Source: Bacteroidota bacterium (GTDB lineage Bacteria > Bacteroidota > Rhodothermia > Rhodothermales > UBA10348). From it: a DNA stretch of 64,000 nucleotides. The notes beneath the pieces are model-generated. The model made no database searches, was not told the origin of the DNA, and saw nothing but the letters and a program-made list of their open reading frames with translations. This document shows positions 8,715 through 18,269 of the stretch, piece after piece; positions within the stretch are counted from its first letter, which is position 1; every line of letters begins with the position of its first letter. Position numbers and translations under genes: made by a program. Where the stretch lies: the NCBI GenBank assembly GCA_029262835.1, contig JAJCYQ010000095.1:71573-135572 (forward strand), read 5' to 3'.

Positions 8715-9679
8715 TGAGGGGCGAGGTCATTCCAGACGAAACGGTTGCGAAGGCGCTTCCGTGGGATGACCTCGTTCCAGCGCTTCGACGTGCCTTCGCT
8801 GAAGACGTCTCTGTGCCAGAGCGCATGCACGTTCCACTGGCAACGGGAACTCTGCTGGTCATGCCTGCCTGGAGGCGCGGTGGCATCATGGGCCTGAAGG
8901 TGGCGACCGTCCATCCGGAAAATGCAATGCGCGCTCTTCCGGCCGTGCACGCCACGTATTTGTTGCTCCGTGAGCAAACGGGCGAAAGGCTCTGCGTCAT
9001 GGACGCTGGCGTGCTGACGACGCGGCGCACGGCCGCGGCGTCGGCACTGGCCTCGCGCCTGTTGTCACGACCAGGCAGCCGTACGCTGCTCATGATAGGC
9101 GCCGGCGCGCTCGCTGCGCCCCTCGTGGATGCGCACCTCTGGGCACGTCCCATCGACAGGGTCATGGTCTGGAACAGAACCGCTGAGCGGGCGCAGGCAC
9201 TTGTTACCCGACTGTCCGAAGGCTGTTGCGACGGTGTCAGCGCCGGACGGCGCGTCACGTTCGAAGCTGTGACCGCGCTTGACGACGCCGTATCCGAGGC
9301 CGATGTGATTTCATGTGCTACGCTCTCGACTGAGCCACTTGTGCGCGCCGAGTGGGTCGCCCCCGGAACTCATATTGACCTGGTTGGAGCCTTCCGGCCC
9401 GATATGAGGGAATCTGACGGTGCACTGCTCTCGAGCGCCCGCCTCTTCGTCGATTCAAAGCCGGGTGCTCTGTCCGAGGCCGGCGACATTCTGATGGCGA
9501 TCGGCGATGGGATGTTGACCCCGGAGAGCATTGAAAACGACCTTTTTGGGCTCTGCCGGGCGCCACAGGCGCCCGGCAGAGCGGCATCTGACATCACCGT
9601 CTTCAAGTCCGTCGGACATGCCCTCGAGGACCTGGCAGCTGCCGAACTGGTGGCCAAATCACTTGGAATCATATCATGA
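8714..9679 (+). CDS. Ornithine cyclodeaminase / mu-crystallin family enzyme
   Basis: 321-aa ORF. TTRRTAAASALASRLLSRPGSRTLLMIGAGALA (a Rossmann GxGxxA) and the overall pattern are typical of the OCD/ketimine-reductase family. Its ATG overlaps the ALDH TGA by 1 nt. Confidence 0.8.
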   Translation: MRGEVIPDETVAKALPWDDLVPALRRAFAEDVSVPERMHVPLATGTLLVMPAWRRGGIMGLKVATVHPENAMRALPAVHATYLLLREQTGERLCVMDAGVLTTRRTAAASALASRLLSRPGSRTLLMIGAGALAAPLVDAHLWARPIDRVMVWNRTAERAQALVTRLSEGCCDGVSAGRRVTFEAVTALDDAVSEADVISCATLSTEPLVRAEWVAPGTHIDLVGAFRPDMRESDGALLSSARLFVDSKPGALSEAGDILMAIGDGMLTPESIENDLFGLCRAPQAPGRAASDITVFKSVGHALEDLAAAELVAKSLGIIS

Positions 9680-10719
9680 GGTTGGCCATTGTCGGAGCCG
9701 GGATTCACGGCCTCTGCACGGCGCTCAGAGCGGCCAATCGGGGCTGGAACGTGTGCGTCTACGACCAGCACTCTATCCCGAACAGCCGCTCGTCGAGTGC
9801 CGACGATCACCGGTTGATCCGGTACGCCTACGGACACGAATTCGGATACACGAACCTGGTTGCAGAGGCGTATCCGGCGTGGGAACGTCTGTGGAATGTG
9901 CTCGGGCAGCGGCTTTACGCGCAGACGGGCACGTTTGCCATATCGAGCCACGAGTCCGGATATGTCGCAGCCAGCGTCCAGTCCATGAACCGAATTGGTA
10001 TAGAAGCGCACGTTGTTGGGTTCAAGGAGGCGCAGCGCCTCTGTCCTCACGTTCAGCTCGGAGAAACAGAGGTCGCCATGTGGAGCGCAAGCGGGGGTGT
10101 CCTGCTGGCCCGTCGAATCCTGGATGCCCTTACGACCGCGTGCAGGCAGCGACATGTCGCGCTCCACGCGAACCATTCGATTCGAGTGGATCAGGAACTT
10201 CCGCCGGCCGACTGTACCATCTGGACGCAGGGCGCCTGGTCGCCGGAAGTCGAACCCTCCCGGCAAGTCGTCGCATATTTCGAACCACCAGATGATTGGC
10301 GGGCCGCCCCCCAGCCCATGGTACTCGACCTGGTCGGCACGGACGGTTTTTATGTGGTCCCCGGTGTGGGCGGCACGCGCTGGAAACTGGGTCTGCACCG
10401 GAAATCAGGGTCCGGTCACCCTGACGATGATCGCGCGCTCACAAAGGACGAAGTCAATCATCTGGAAAATGCAGCGCGGGAGCGGCTGTCCGGACTGCCA
10501 GAGCCATTTCCGCTGTCAGGGCGGGCCTGTTACTACGCCGTTGCCAAAGAGGATCGCTTCGACTTGAGTCAGGCGACGGGAGGCCTCCGCTTCCAGGGTG
10601 GTTCAGGGCATTCGTTCAAGTTTGGCGCACTCGTCGGCGAACTACTTTGCAGCGTGGTGGCCGGCGAGATGCCGCTGGCCGAAGCCCGAGTGCGGCTGGC
10701 CGGGCGCTTTGTAGAATAG
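9676..10719 (+). CDS. FAD-dependent oxidoreductase (DAO / sarcosine-oxidase-like family)
   Basis: 347-aa ORF. N-terminal dinucleotide-binding motif MRLAIVGAGIHGLCTALRAA...VCVYD. Length and C-terminal GGSGHSFKFG fit the DAO family. ATGA overlap with the preceding gene. Confidence 0.8.
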   Translation: MRLAIVGAGIHGLCTALRAANRGWNVCVYDQHSIPNSRSSSADDHRLIRYAYGHEFGYTNLVAEAYPAWERLWNVLGQRLYAQTGTFAISSHESGYVAASVQSMNRIGIEAHVVGFKEAQRLCPHVQLGETEVAMWSASGGVLLARRILDALTTACRQRHVALHANHSIRVDQELPPADCTIWTQGAWSPEVEPSRQVVAYFEPPDDWRAAPQPMVLDLVGTDGFYVVPGVGGTRWKLGLHRKSGSGHPDDDRALTKDEVNHLENAARERLSGLPEPFPLSGRACYYAVAKEDRFDLSQATGGLRFQGGSGHSFKFGALVGELLCSVVAGEMPLAEARVRLAGRFVE

Positions 10720-10743
10720 AAGGCGGTTTCAGGTGTCGACGGC

Positions 10744-11583
10744 CTACTTCAGGTACCACTTGGGGGCTTCGTCGCCCACCTCTACCATGATTTCCAGATG
10801 GCTCATGATGGGCGAAGCCTTGACCTTGGTCATCAGCACTTCCTCGACCTGGTATAGCCCGGTCGCGTTGTCCATCTTGATGGTCAATCCCACAGGTTTG
10901 TGGGTACCCTTGGCGATTTCGACACGATAAACTGACTGCGATGAATACCGGTGCATGTCGCCGACGGTCGGGTCGCGCTCAAGATTCATGGGAATGCGAG
11001 AGCGGCCCTTGGACATGTCCGTACCATCGGCCACGAGCACGACACCTGCCTCGACGGAATGAATACGGTCGTGTGCCATATGGCCAACTATGCACTCGTG
11101 GACCATGGATCGCATGGCAACCTGTCTGGCCATGTCACCATGACAATGCTTTTCCAGATAACGCCGAATTATCGTATCGGCGAGCACAATCGAATGCCAC
11201 TCATGCGCCTCCCTCGTAACGGACATGCCTACATCGTGCAGAAAACACCCCAGTGCGACCACCACAGCGGCATCTTCCTTGGTGCCAACATCTTCAGACA
11301 CAAAACTGGGCGGAACACCTCCTTCGTGTAGCAGACGCAGAATTTTAAGGGCGTTGTAGGTGGTAATGCGCGCGTGGACTGGACCATGATCATTATATCC
11401 GAGCCTGCGCACCGATACTACATTGGCATAGCTGTGATACAGATTAATTTCCTTGTCCTCCAGCAGGTCCTTCAGGAGACGATGTACCCTGCCTTCAGTC
11501 TTGGACAGGAGAATGGCATCCAACTGCGTTTCTTTGGCCGTGGGTTGCGTCCAGTCAGGTATTTCCTTGTTCGAATCGTGCAT
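10744..11583 (-). CDS. HD-domain metal-dependent phosphohydrolase-like protein, function unknown
   Basis: Track ORF 10744..11976 trimmed to the ATG at 11583. The upstream 131 codons are Arg-rich out-of-frame overlap with the rpsA 3' end. Contains NDHGPVHARI and the HD signature in ALGCFLHDVGMS. Confidence 0.7.
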   Translation of the reverse strand: MHDSNKEIPDWTQPTAKETQLDAILLSKTEGRVHRLLKDLLEDKEINLYHSYANVVSVRRLGYNDHGPVHARITTYNALKILRLLHEGGVPPSFVSEDVGTKEDAAVVVALGCFLHDVGMSVTREAHEWHSIVLADTIIRRYLEKHCHGDMARQVAMRSMVHECIVGHMAHDRIHSVEAGVVLVADGTDMSKGRSRIPMNLERDPTVGDMHRYSSQSVYRVEIAKGTHKPVGLTIKMDNATGLYQVEEVLMTKVKASPIMSHLEIMVEVGDEAPKWYLK

Positions 11584-11605
11584 TGCTCGTTCCGTTCTTG
11601 TGGCA

Positions 11606-11645
11606 TGATACGAAAGCGGGGGTAGACCCGATGGCCTACCCCCGC
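11606..11645 (-). terminator. Hairpin terminator candidate downstream of rpsA
   Basis: Perfect 10-bp inverted repeat GCGGGGGTAG (11616-11625) / CTACCCCCGC (11636-11645) with a 10-nt loop. On the minus strand it is followed by TTTCGTATCA. It starts 42 nt after the rpsA stop. Confidence 0.55.
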
Positions 11646-11686
11646 TCCTCCCTGTCGTGGGCTCGTACGAAAGAACACGCAGGGGT

Positions 11687-14119
11687 TTATTCCTCTTCGT
11701 CCTTCTCTTCGTCCTTCTCGCTCTGCGACTTTTTCGACGCGGCTTTCTTCGGAGAAGCGGCCTTCTTCGGAGAAGCGGCCTTCTTTTTGGCCGGTTTCTG
11801 CTCCTCCTCCGAAGCAACTTCTTCTGCGCCCGTCTTCGACTCGCCTTTGGACTTGGCATCGGACTCGTCGGCCTTCGACCTGGCGTCGGCCTTGGCCGCC
11901 GTTTCATCCGCCTCGGCCTGGCTCTCGCTGGCCTCCATCTGAGCCTTGAGTTCCGCCAATCCCGACAGCTCACCAAGCGTTGTGGGACCGGAAGCCCCTT
12001 CTTTCTCGATGAACTGCTTTACGGACCGTTCCTCGGCGCGACGTGCTTCCATTTTCTCGCGACGTTCGGCCTGACGCTCCAGCGCCTCCGCCTGACGCTC
12101 GGTTGCTACGAGGCTGACAACGATTTCCTTCTGGTTGGCATCGAAACGGATCACGGTGAGATCTTCCAGTGCTTCACCATCCCGGTATGAATCGATGGTC
12201 TTGCCTGCCGGCAGTTCCGTCTGTGGAAGGAAGGCTTCCACCTCCATGGGCAGTTCCACTACCAGACCCTTGTCTTCGATGCGGGCCACGGTACCACTTG
12301 TCTTGGCTCCCTCATCGTAGACCTGGGCGAACTGATTCCAGGGGTTGGTTTCAACCTGCTTGTGACCCAATGAAATCCGACGATCGTCCGTGTCGATGTT
12401 CAGCACGACGACATCCATTTCCTGGTTCTTCTTGACCATTTCGGAAGGATGGCGAATACGCTTGGTCCAGCTCAGGTCGCTGATATGTACGAGTCCGTCA
12501 ATACCTGGCTCAATTTCAACGAAGACGCCGAAGTTGGTGATATTGCGCACCTTGCCACGCATCACGGTTCCTGGTGGATACCGGTCGGCGATGTTTTCCC
12601 ATGGATCGGGCTCGAGCTGTTTCATGCCAAGCGAGATCTTCTTGCCCTCGCCGTCGATGTTCAGGATTTTGACCTGCACAACCTGGCCGAGCGATACCAT
12701 CTGGGAAGGGTGGCGAATGTGCTCGGTCCAGGACATCTCCGAGATGTGGACCAGGCCTTCGATGCCCTTCTCGAGTTCAACAAAAGCGCCGTAGTCCGTG
12801 ATGGAGACCACTTTGCCTTCGACGACTGTTTCTTCGCCGTACTTCTGCGTGATCTCTTCCCATGGGTGAGGCTGCAACTGCTTGAGGCCCAGAGAAATGC
12901 GTTGGCGCTCCTTGTCATAGTCGAGCACAACCACGTTCATTTTCTCGTCGAGGCTCACAAGCTCCGACGGATGGGCGACACGGCCCCATGAAAGGTCCGT
13001 GATGTGCAATAGTCCGTCTACTCCACCGAGGTCAATGAAGACACCAAAATCGGTGATATTCTTGACCACGCCTTCGAGAATCTGTCCAGGCTCCATGGTC
13101 GAGAGGATTTTCTCCCGCTGCGCCATGAGGTCCTTTTCAATGAGTGCCTTGTGGGAAACCACAATGTTCTCATTGGCAGGGTTGAGCTTGACAATTTTGA
13201 ATTCCATGTGCTTCTCCAGATACGCGTCGAAGTCGCGCACTGGACGGACGTCGATCTGCGAGCCTGGAAGGAAGGCTTCCATTTCGCCGAACAATTCGAC
13301 GATCATGCCCCCCTTGATGCGACGTACGATCTGTCCTTCAAGGACTTCCTCATTTTCGAAGGCCTCTTCGATACGGCGCCAGCGGCGTACCGTATCTGCC
13401 TTCGTTTTGGAGAGCACAAGCTGACCGTGGTAATCCTCGATCCGCTCGAGAAACACCTCCACTTCATCGCCCGGCTCGAGTTCGGGGCCGAACTCGTTAC
13501 GGGATACGATACCGTCGCTCTTGAATCCGATATCAATGACAACGTCCTTGTCACCGACCTTCAGCACCCGACCCGATACGATCTCATTCTCCGTGATCGT
13601 AGTCAGCGTACTCTCAATCATGGCCTGAAGATCGCCGAGATCAACAGGACCAATTTCCGGCTCGTCTGCCGTCTCAAGATCGGCCAGGGAGTACACTTCG
13701 CCGGTTATTTCACCGGTGTAGCCCAGCATGCCCTTGGGCGTTGCCAGTTGCGCTTCGCGCTCTCCTTCTTCGACAACCGGTTCGCCAGCGGCTACGAGAT
13801 CCGAATCGTCTTCTTCCGTCGCAGGCTCTTCATCACTGGACTCGGTTTCGGCGACAGGCTCTTCAGCTTCAGCGGAGGGTGCGGATTTTTCAGCTTCAGC
13901 GGCGGGCGAGCTATCGGCCTCAGGCTCTTCGGCTTTGGCAGCGGGTGCGGCCTCGGCTGCAGGCTCTTCAGCTTCAGCGACGGGTTCCTTGTCCGGAGTG
14001 GTCTCTGGCGTCGTGGGGGCCGCTTCGTCCTGCGGTACGGATTGTTCTACCTGCTCCTGGGCAGGTGCTACCGATTCGTCAGGCTGTGCCTGGGAATCGT
14101 CGTGCTGTTTGTCAGCCAT
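11687..14119 (-). CDS. rpsA: 30S ribosomal protein S1 with long low-complexity N- and C-terminal extensions (~810 aa)
   Basis: Track ORF trimmed to the ATG at 14119 (MADKQHDD...). Six S1 domains are recognisable, for example GRVLKVGDKDVVIDIGFKSDG, LEGVVKNITDFGVFIDLGGVDGLLHITDLSW and MRGKVRNITNFGVFVEIEPGIDGLVHISDLSW. They are flanked by ~190 aa of acidic N-terminal sequence and a ~150-aa charged C-terminal tail. Confidence 0.9.
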   Translation of the reverse strand: MADKQHDDSQAQPDESVAPAQEQVEQSVPQDEAAPTTPETTPDKEPVAEAEEPAAEAAPAAKAEEPEADSSPAAEAEKSAPSAEAEEPVAETESSDEEPATEEDDSDLVAAGEPVVEEGEREAQLATPKGMLGYTGEITGEVYSLADLETADEPEIGPVDLGDLQAMIESTLTTITENEIVSGRVLKVGDKDVVIDIGFKSDGIVSRNEFGPELEPGDEVEVFLERIEDYHGQLVLSKTKADTVRRWRRIEEAFENEEVLEGQIVRRIKGGMIVELFGEMEAFLPGSQIDVRPVRDFDAYLEKHMEFKIVKLNPANENIVVSHKALIEKDLMAQREKILSTMEPGQILEGVVKNITDFGVFIDLGGVDGLLHITDLSWGRVAHPSELVSLDEKMNVVVLDYDKERQRISLGLKQLQPHPWEEITQKYGEETVVEGKVVSITDYGAFVELEKGIEGLVHISEMSWTEHIRHPSQMVSLGQVVQVKILNIDGEGKKISLGMKQLEPDPWENIADRYPPGTVMRGKVRNITNFGVFVEIEPGIDGLVHISDLSWTKRIRHPSEMVKKNQEMDVVVLNIDTDDRRISLGHKQVETNPWNQFAQVYDEGAKTSGTVARIEDKGLVVELPMEVEAFLPQTELPAGKTIDSYRDGEALEDLTVIRFDANQKEIVVSLVATERQAEALERQAERREKMEARRAEERSVKQFIEKEGASGPTTLGELSGLAELKAQMEASESQAEADETAAKADARSKADESDAKSKGESKTGAEEVASEEEQKPAKKKAASPKKAASPKKAASKKSQSEKDEEKDEEE
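11739..11786 (-). repeat. 18-nt tandem repeat (2.7 copies) in the rpsA 3' end, encoding (KKAASP)n
   Basis: + strand units: gcggctttcttcggagaa (11739-11756), gcggccttcttcggagaa (11757-11774) and a partial third copy to 11786. Confidence 0.85.
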
Positions 14120-14276
14120 GGAAATGATGGTGAGTCTCTCTTGCCTCGGCTCAGCCGGTTCGGGATGGCACAGACTCTCGTTTTCATTGTGAAACAAATA
14201 GCCCCATCACTTCCCTGATCGTGATCGGGCCAACCAACCGCAATTACGGTGTAGCCAACGATACACGCACAGTGAA

Positions 14277-14987
14277 TTATTTCGTTCCCCGGGATAGATT
14301 CAGCTGTCTTTCTGCCGCAATCTTCACAATCCAATCCACCTGCTCCTCAAAAGCCATCCCCGTCGTGTCGAGGACAATGGCGTCATCGGCCTTTTTGAGG
14401 GGCGCCCTGTCACGCGTCCTGTCCCGCTCGTCGCGTACACGCATGTCATCCAGAATGGATCGCAGTGAGACGTCCTGGCCCTTGGCCAGCAACTCTTCTC
14501 GGCGACGAATTGCCCGGACACGGTCATCGGCCGTCATGAATATCTTCACATCGGCGGCAGGAAATACCACAGTCCCGATATCCCGACCTTCCATAACCAC
14601 AACTCCCCCACGAGAAGAAATCTCGTGGGCCATCGAACGCTGCCGAGCCACCATGGCATCACGAACGTTGTCTGACTGCGCGAATTCCGAGGCCAGGCGA
14701 CCCGCGTATTCCTTACGGATTTCCTGGCTCACGTCTTCCTCTCCCAGAAGGACGCGCAGTCTTCCCGCGCCCTCCACCGTCTCCGAGACATCCAGCCGCA
14801 CATCCATGTCGCGGACATCATCCCGCCCTACCTCATGGGCCTTCTCGAGTCCCAATCGAGACAAATACAACGAAGCCGCGCGATACATGGCACCCGTATC
14901 CACAAAAAGCCCATCAAGCGCTTTGGCGACGGCGCGCGCGGTTGAACTTTTTCCGGATCCTGACGGTCCGTCGATGGCAACGATCAT
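14277..14987 (-). CDS. cmk: Cytidylate kinase
   Basis: 236-aa ORF with P-loop IAIDGPSGSGKSSTARAVA and a GAMYRA motif. It sits upstream of rpsA, as in many bacteria. Confidence 0.95.
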   Translation of the reverse strand: MIVAIDGPSGSGKSSTARAVAKALDGLFVDTGAMYRAASLYLSRLGLEKAHEVGRDDVRDMDVRLDVSETVEGAGRLRVLLGEEDVSQEIRKEYAGRLASEFAQSDNVRDAMVARQRSMAHEISSRGGVVVMEGRDIGTVVFPAADVKIFMTADDRVRAIRRREELLAKGQDVSLRSILDDMRVRDERDRTRDRAPLKKADDAIVLDTTGMAFEEQVDWIVKIAAERQLNLSRGTK

Positions 14988-15052
14988 GTAATTCCAGATG
15001 GATTAACGGGGGGCTTGAAAACTACGAAGACGAAGTCCGTAATTTGCCAGGT

Positions 15053-15562
15053 ATGACAAAAATGCATACAGTTTTGCCACGAGCCCCTCTGGTCCTCCTG
15101 CTGCATGATCTGCGGTCCGCTTACAATACCGGCTCCATTTTCCGCACGGCCGATGCCATGCACATCGAGATGGTTCTTTTGTCGGGCTTCACGCCCGATC
15201 CTACTCATCCAAGGATCCGAAAAACGGCACTTGGTGCGGAGAAAGTCGTTCCATGGGCCCGTGTCGAAGACCCTCTATTGGAAATTACCGAACGTCGGAG
15301 CAGGGGTTATACAATAGCTGCGCTCGAGCGCGCTCCAGCGTCCATTGATCTTGTAGATGCTCGTTCATCGCATTTTCCTCTTGTGCTGATCGCTGGCAAC
15401 GAGGTGGACGGCGTTCCGGCCCATTTGCTTGAAGCCAGTACAACCGTATTTGAGATTACCCAACTCGGTATGAAGCAGTCGCTGAATGTGAGCGTAGCCG
15501 TTGGCATTGCCCTGCATTCCCTCGTTCATTATCACCGCTCATCGAACACGCTAAACTCATGA
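15053..15562 (+). CDS. SpoU/TrmH-family RNA 2'-O-methyltransferase
   Basis: Track ORF 14942..15562 trimmed to the ATG at 15053. SpoU motifs present: LLLHDLRSAYNTGSIFRTADA, LIAGNEVDGV and QSLNVSVAVGIAL. Confidence 0.8.
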   Translation: MTKMHTVLPRAPLVLLLHDLRSAYNTGSIFRTADAMHIEMVLLSGFTPDPTHPRIRKTALGAEKVVPWARVEDPLLEITERRSRGYTIAALERAPASIDLVDARSSHFPLVLIAGNEVDGVPAHLLEASTTVFEITQLGMKQSLNVSVAVGIALHSLVHYHRSSNTLNS

Positions 15563-16257
15563 CAAACACGGACTGGCACGGTTGTATTCGGTGGGAAGGC
15601 CACCTGACAAGGGATGAGCTCGGCGTTGTCTGCGGTCAGGATGTTCATTTTTTGCCATCGGATTTTACTGTCGATGCGTCAGCGTTCAGGCGTGAAGGGT
15701 ACGGTCCGGTATCCGAAATCCTCCTCATTCTCGAAGCGCTCGAAGGACGCGCGGCTGGCGCCTCGCTGTTGGTCGCGGTATCGACCCGGATCATTGTCGA
15801 AACGGCAAAGCTCAGAGTACTCCGGGCGCTGCTCGGGCCCGTCGATATCACAAGCATCGGGGACGAACGCGACCTGGCCCGGTCCGACGGTGGAACGAAC
15901 CGGGTGCGAACAACGCTGCAGGCGGTAGCCGGTGTCTGGGGAGGCGCCGACCGCGTGTGTGTACTGCCACACAACGTTCTGGAAAGAGGCTTCGAGGACG
16001 CTGATGCGGCCCGACATGCGTTGGCCGTAACCAGGCTGCTACGATTCGAATGCGGATTCAGAGGGATGACCGATGGTCTCGAGGGAGCGGAAGCCGTCGA
16101 GATCGAAGAGGCCCGCATCTACAACGAAATCGACGTCTGGAAGAACCGTTCAGGTACTCTATCAGATCGGCTCCCACGTGATCGCGCGTGGCTGGCAGGT
16201 CCCCGTCGACCCCAGGACGAAGCGCGGGTCATCACCGGTGTCAACAAGTACACGTAA
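15559..16257 (+). CDS. Truncated methylmalonyl-CoA mutase beta(small)-subunit-like protein (232 aa)
   Basis: Segments parallel the downstream large subunit. [13 protein letters not shown] matches [37 protein letters not shown] matches [23 protein letters not shown]-terminal [10 protein letters not shown] matches [10 protein letters not shown]. It has no B12-binding domain and no N-terminal barrel half. ATGA overlap with the SpoU gene; it ends 15 nt before mutB. Confidence 0.6.
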   Translation: MTNTDWHGCIRWEGHLTRDELGVVCGQDVHFLPSDFTVDASAFRREGYGPVSEILLILEALEGRAAGASLLVAVSTRIIVETAKLRVLRALLGPVDITSIGDERDLARSDGGTNRVRTTLQAVAGVWGGADRVCVLPHNVLERGFEDADAARHALAVTRLLRFECGFRGMTDGLEGAEAVEIEEARIYNEIDVWKNRSGTLSDRLPRDRAWLAGPRRPQDEARVITGVNKYT

Positions 16258-16271
16258 AAACGCACCACGCC

Positions 16272-18269
16272 ATGACTCACGACAAACTGCCGCCAGCGGG
16301 ATCCCCTCCCTTCCTACGGGGTCCCTATCCGACCATGTATAAAGGCCGACCATGGACCATCCGCCAGTACGCGGGGTTTTCCACGGCCGAAGAGTCGAAC
16401 GCCTTCTACCGGGCCAATCTGGCTGCTGGCCAGAAAGGACTCTCGGTGGCCTTCGACCTGCCTACCCACCGGGGTTATGACTCGGATCATCCGCGCGTCG
16501 TCGGGGATGTAGGCAAGGCCGGTGTGGCCATAGACAGCGTGGAAGACATGAAGCGGCTCTTCGACGGTATTCCGCTCGATGAGATGTCCGTATCCATGAC
16601 CATGAACGGCGCTGTACTACCCATCATGGCGTTCTACATTGTGGCGGCTGAAGAACAGGGCTGCCCGAGCGATAAGCTGTCCGGAACCATACAGAATGAC
16701 ATCCTCAAGGAGTTCATGGTCCGGAACACGTACATCTATCCACCCGACCCTTCCATGCGCATAGTCGGGGACATCATGGAATACACGTCGGAGCACATGC
16801 CCCGCTTCAACAGCATTTCGGTCAGTGGATACCATATGCAGGAAGCCGGAGCTTCGCCTGACATCGAGTTGGCCTATACGCTCGCCGACGGACTCGAATA
16901 CGTGCGCAAGGCGCTGGCCCGTGGCCTCGATATCGATACGTTCGCACCCCGGATATCGTTCTTCTTCGGCATTGGTATGGATACGATCGAGGAAGCTGCC
17001 AAACTTCGGGCGGCGCGGGTACTCTGGCACGAACTCATGTCCACGTTCTCGCCGAAGAATCCCAAGTCGGCCATGTTGCGGACACATTGTCAGACGTCGG
17101 GGTGGTCACTCACGGCGCAGGATCCACACGTCAATGTTCCGCGCACTACACTTGAAGCACTCGCGGCTGTTCTGGGCGGAACGCAGTCGTTGCATACGAA
17201 TGCCTACGATGAGGCGATCGCTCTGCCTACAGATGAATCGGCGCGCATTGCCCGTAATACCCAATTGGTATTATTGCACGAGACGGACCTGACCGCTCAT
17301 GTAGATCCGCTGGGAGGCGCTGCCATACTGGAAAAGCGTACGCATGCGCTCATTGAAGCCGCGCGTGCGCACCTCGTGGAGGTTGAAGCTGCTGGCGGGA
17401 TGTCCCAGGCCATTGGCGAAGGACTTCCCAAGCGCCGCATTGAAGAGGCTGCCGCCCGTCGGCAGGCGGCCATTGATTCGGGTGACGAAGTAATTGTCGG
17501 ACTCAATCAATTTGCAACCGACACGGCGGAGTCGCTCGATGTTCGCGAAGTGGATAATGCCCGCGTCCGCCGCATGCAGATTGAGCGTCTCCAGGCGCTG
17601 AAGGCAGACCGTTGCGAGGAGGATGTTGCGCGTTCGCTGGCCCGGCTGGAAGAGGCCGCCGCGACCAACGACGTCAACCTGCTTGCAGCCAGCGTTGACG
17701 CCGCGCGGAAAAGGGCCACACTTGGTGAAATATCCATGGCACTGGAAAACAGGTTCGGGCGATTCCAGGCCCGAAACGAACTGTTCACGGGCGTGTATGC
17801 CATGAACTATACATCGGGCCATGCCATGCAGGACGCCATCTCACTGGCACAGGAATTCGAGACCGCCCACGGACGCAGGCCGCGGATTTTGATTGCCAAA
17901 ATCGGTCAGGATGGCCACGACCGCGGTGCTCGCGTGATCGCAACGGCTTTCGCCGATATGGGGTTTGATGTGGACATGGGGCCTCTCTTCCAGACACCGG
18001 AAGAAACGGCGAGACAGGCGGTTGAGAACGACGTCCATGTAGTTGGCGTATCCAGCCTCGCCGGTGGGCACAAGACGCTTGTACCGGCCCTTATTGACGC
18101 GCTGAAAGAAGAGGGCCGCCCAGATATCCGCGTCGTCGCGGGGGGGGTCATCCCGGACCGGGATGTGCCTTTCCTCAAGAAGGCAGGCGTATTGGACGTA
18201 TTCGGTCCTGGTACCCCCATTCCGCAGTCGGCGTCCGCGCTGCTACGCGTGCTTATTGACGCGTCGTGA
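16272..18269 (+). CDS. mutB: Methylmalonyl-CoA mutase, large (catalytic, B12-binding) subunit
   Basis: Track ORF 16188..18269 trimmed to the ATG at 16272. Contains [34 protein letters not shown] and a C-terminal cobalamin motif, [23 protein letters not shown] (DxHxxG). Confidence 0.9.
   Translation: MTHDKLPPAGSPPFLRGPYPTMYKGRPWTIRQYAGFSTAEESNAFYRANLAAGQKGLSVAFDLPTHRGYDSDHPRVVGDVGKAGVAIDSVEDMKRLFDGIPLDEMSVSMTMNGAVLPIMAFYIVAAEEQGCPSDKLSGTIQNDILKEFMVRNTYIYPPDPSMRIVGDIMEYTSEHMPRFNSISVSGYHMQEAGASPDIELAYTLADGLEYVRKALARGLDIDTFAPRISFFFGIGMDTIEEAAKLRAARVLWHELMSTFSPKNPKSAMLRTHCQTSGWSLTAQDPHVNVPRTTLEALAAVLGGTQSLHTNAYDEAIALPTDESARIARNTQLVLLHETDLTAHVDPLGGAAILEKRTHALIEAARAHLVEVEAAGGMSQAIGEGLPKRRIEEAAARRQAAIDSGDEVIVGLNQFATDTAESLDVREVDNARVRRMQIERLQALKADRCEEDVARSLARLEEAAATNDVNLLAASVDAARKRATLGEISMALENRFGRFQARNELFTGVYAMNYTSGHAMQDAISLAQEFETAHGRRPRILIAKIGQDGHDRGARVIATAFADMGFDVDMGPLFQTPEETARQAVENDVHVVGVSSLAGGHKTLVPALIDALKEEGRPDIRVVAGGVIPDRDVPFLKKAGVLDVFGPGTPIPQSASALLRVLIDAS

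Noticed and set aside
9370-10398. 342-aa minus-strand ORF opposite the OCD and FAD-oxidoreductase genes
   Set aside because: It is antisense to two well-supported genes. Its Arg/Pro/Gly-rich composition is typical of out-of-frame GC-rich sequence.
11584-11976. N-terminal 131-codon Arg/Pro/Lys-rich extension of the HD-domain ORF (MVSCRDWRNSRLRWRPARARPRR...)
   Set aside because: It overlaps the rpsA C-terminal tail in another frame, and a terminator-like hairpin lies between the two genes. The HD protein is better started at the ATG at 11583.
13151-14218. 355-aa + strand ORF opposite rpsA
   Set aside because: This is a shadow ORF inside the S1 gene, with no motifs. Its low-complexity C-terminus mirrors the S1 acidic tail.
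16188-16271. Upstream in-frame extension of mutB ([28 protein letters not shown]...) overlapping the mini-mutA ORF
   Set aside because: The extension is basic and low-complexity, unlike the rest of the protein, and it overlaps the preceding ORF by 70 nt. The ATG at 16272 precedes the conserved [12 protein letters not shown] block at the usual distance for a short N-terminus.
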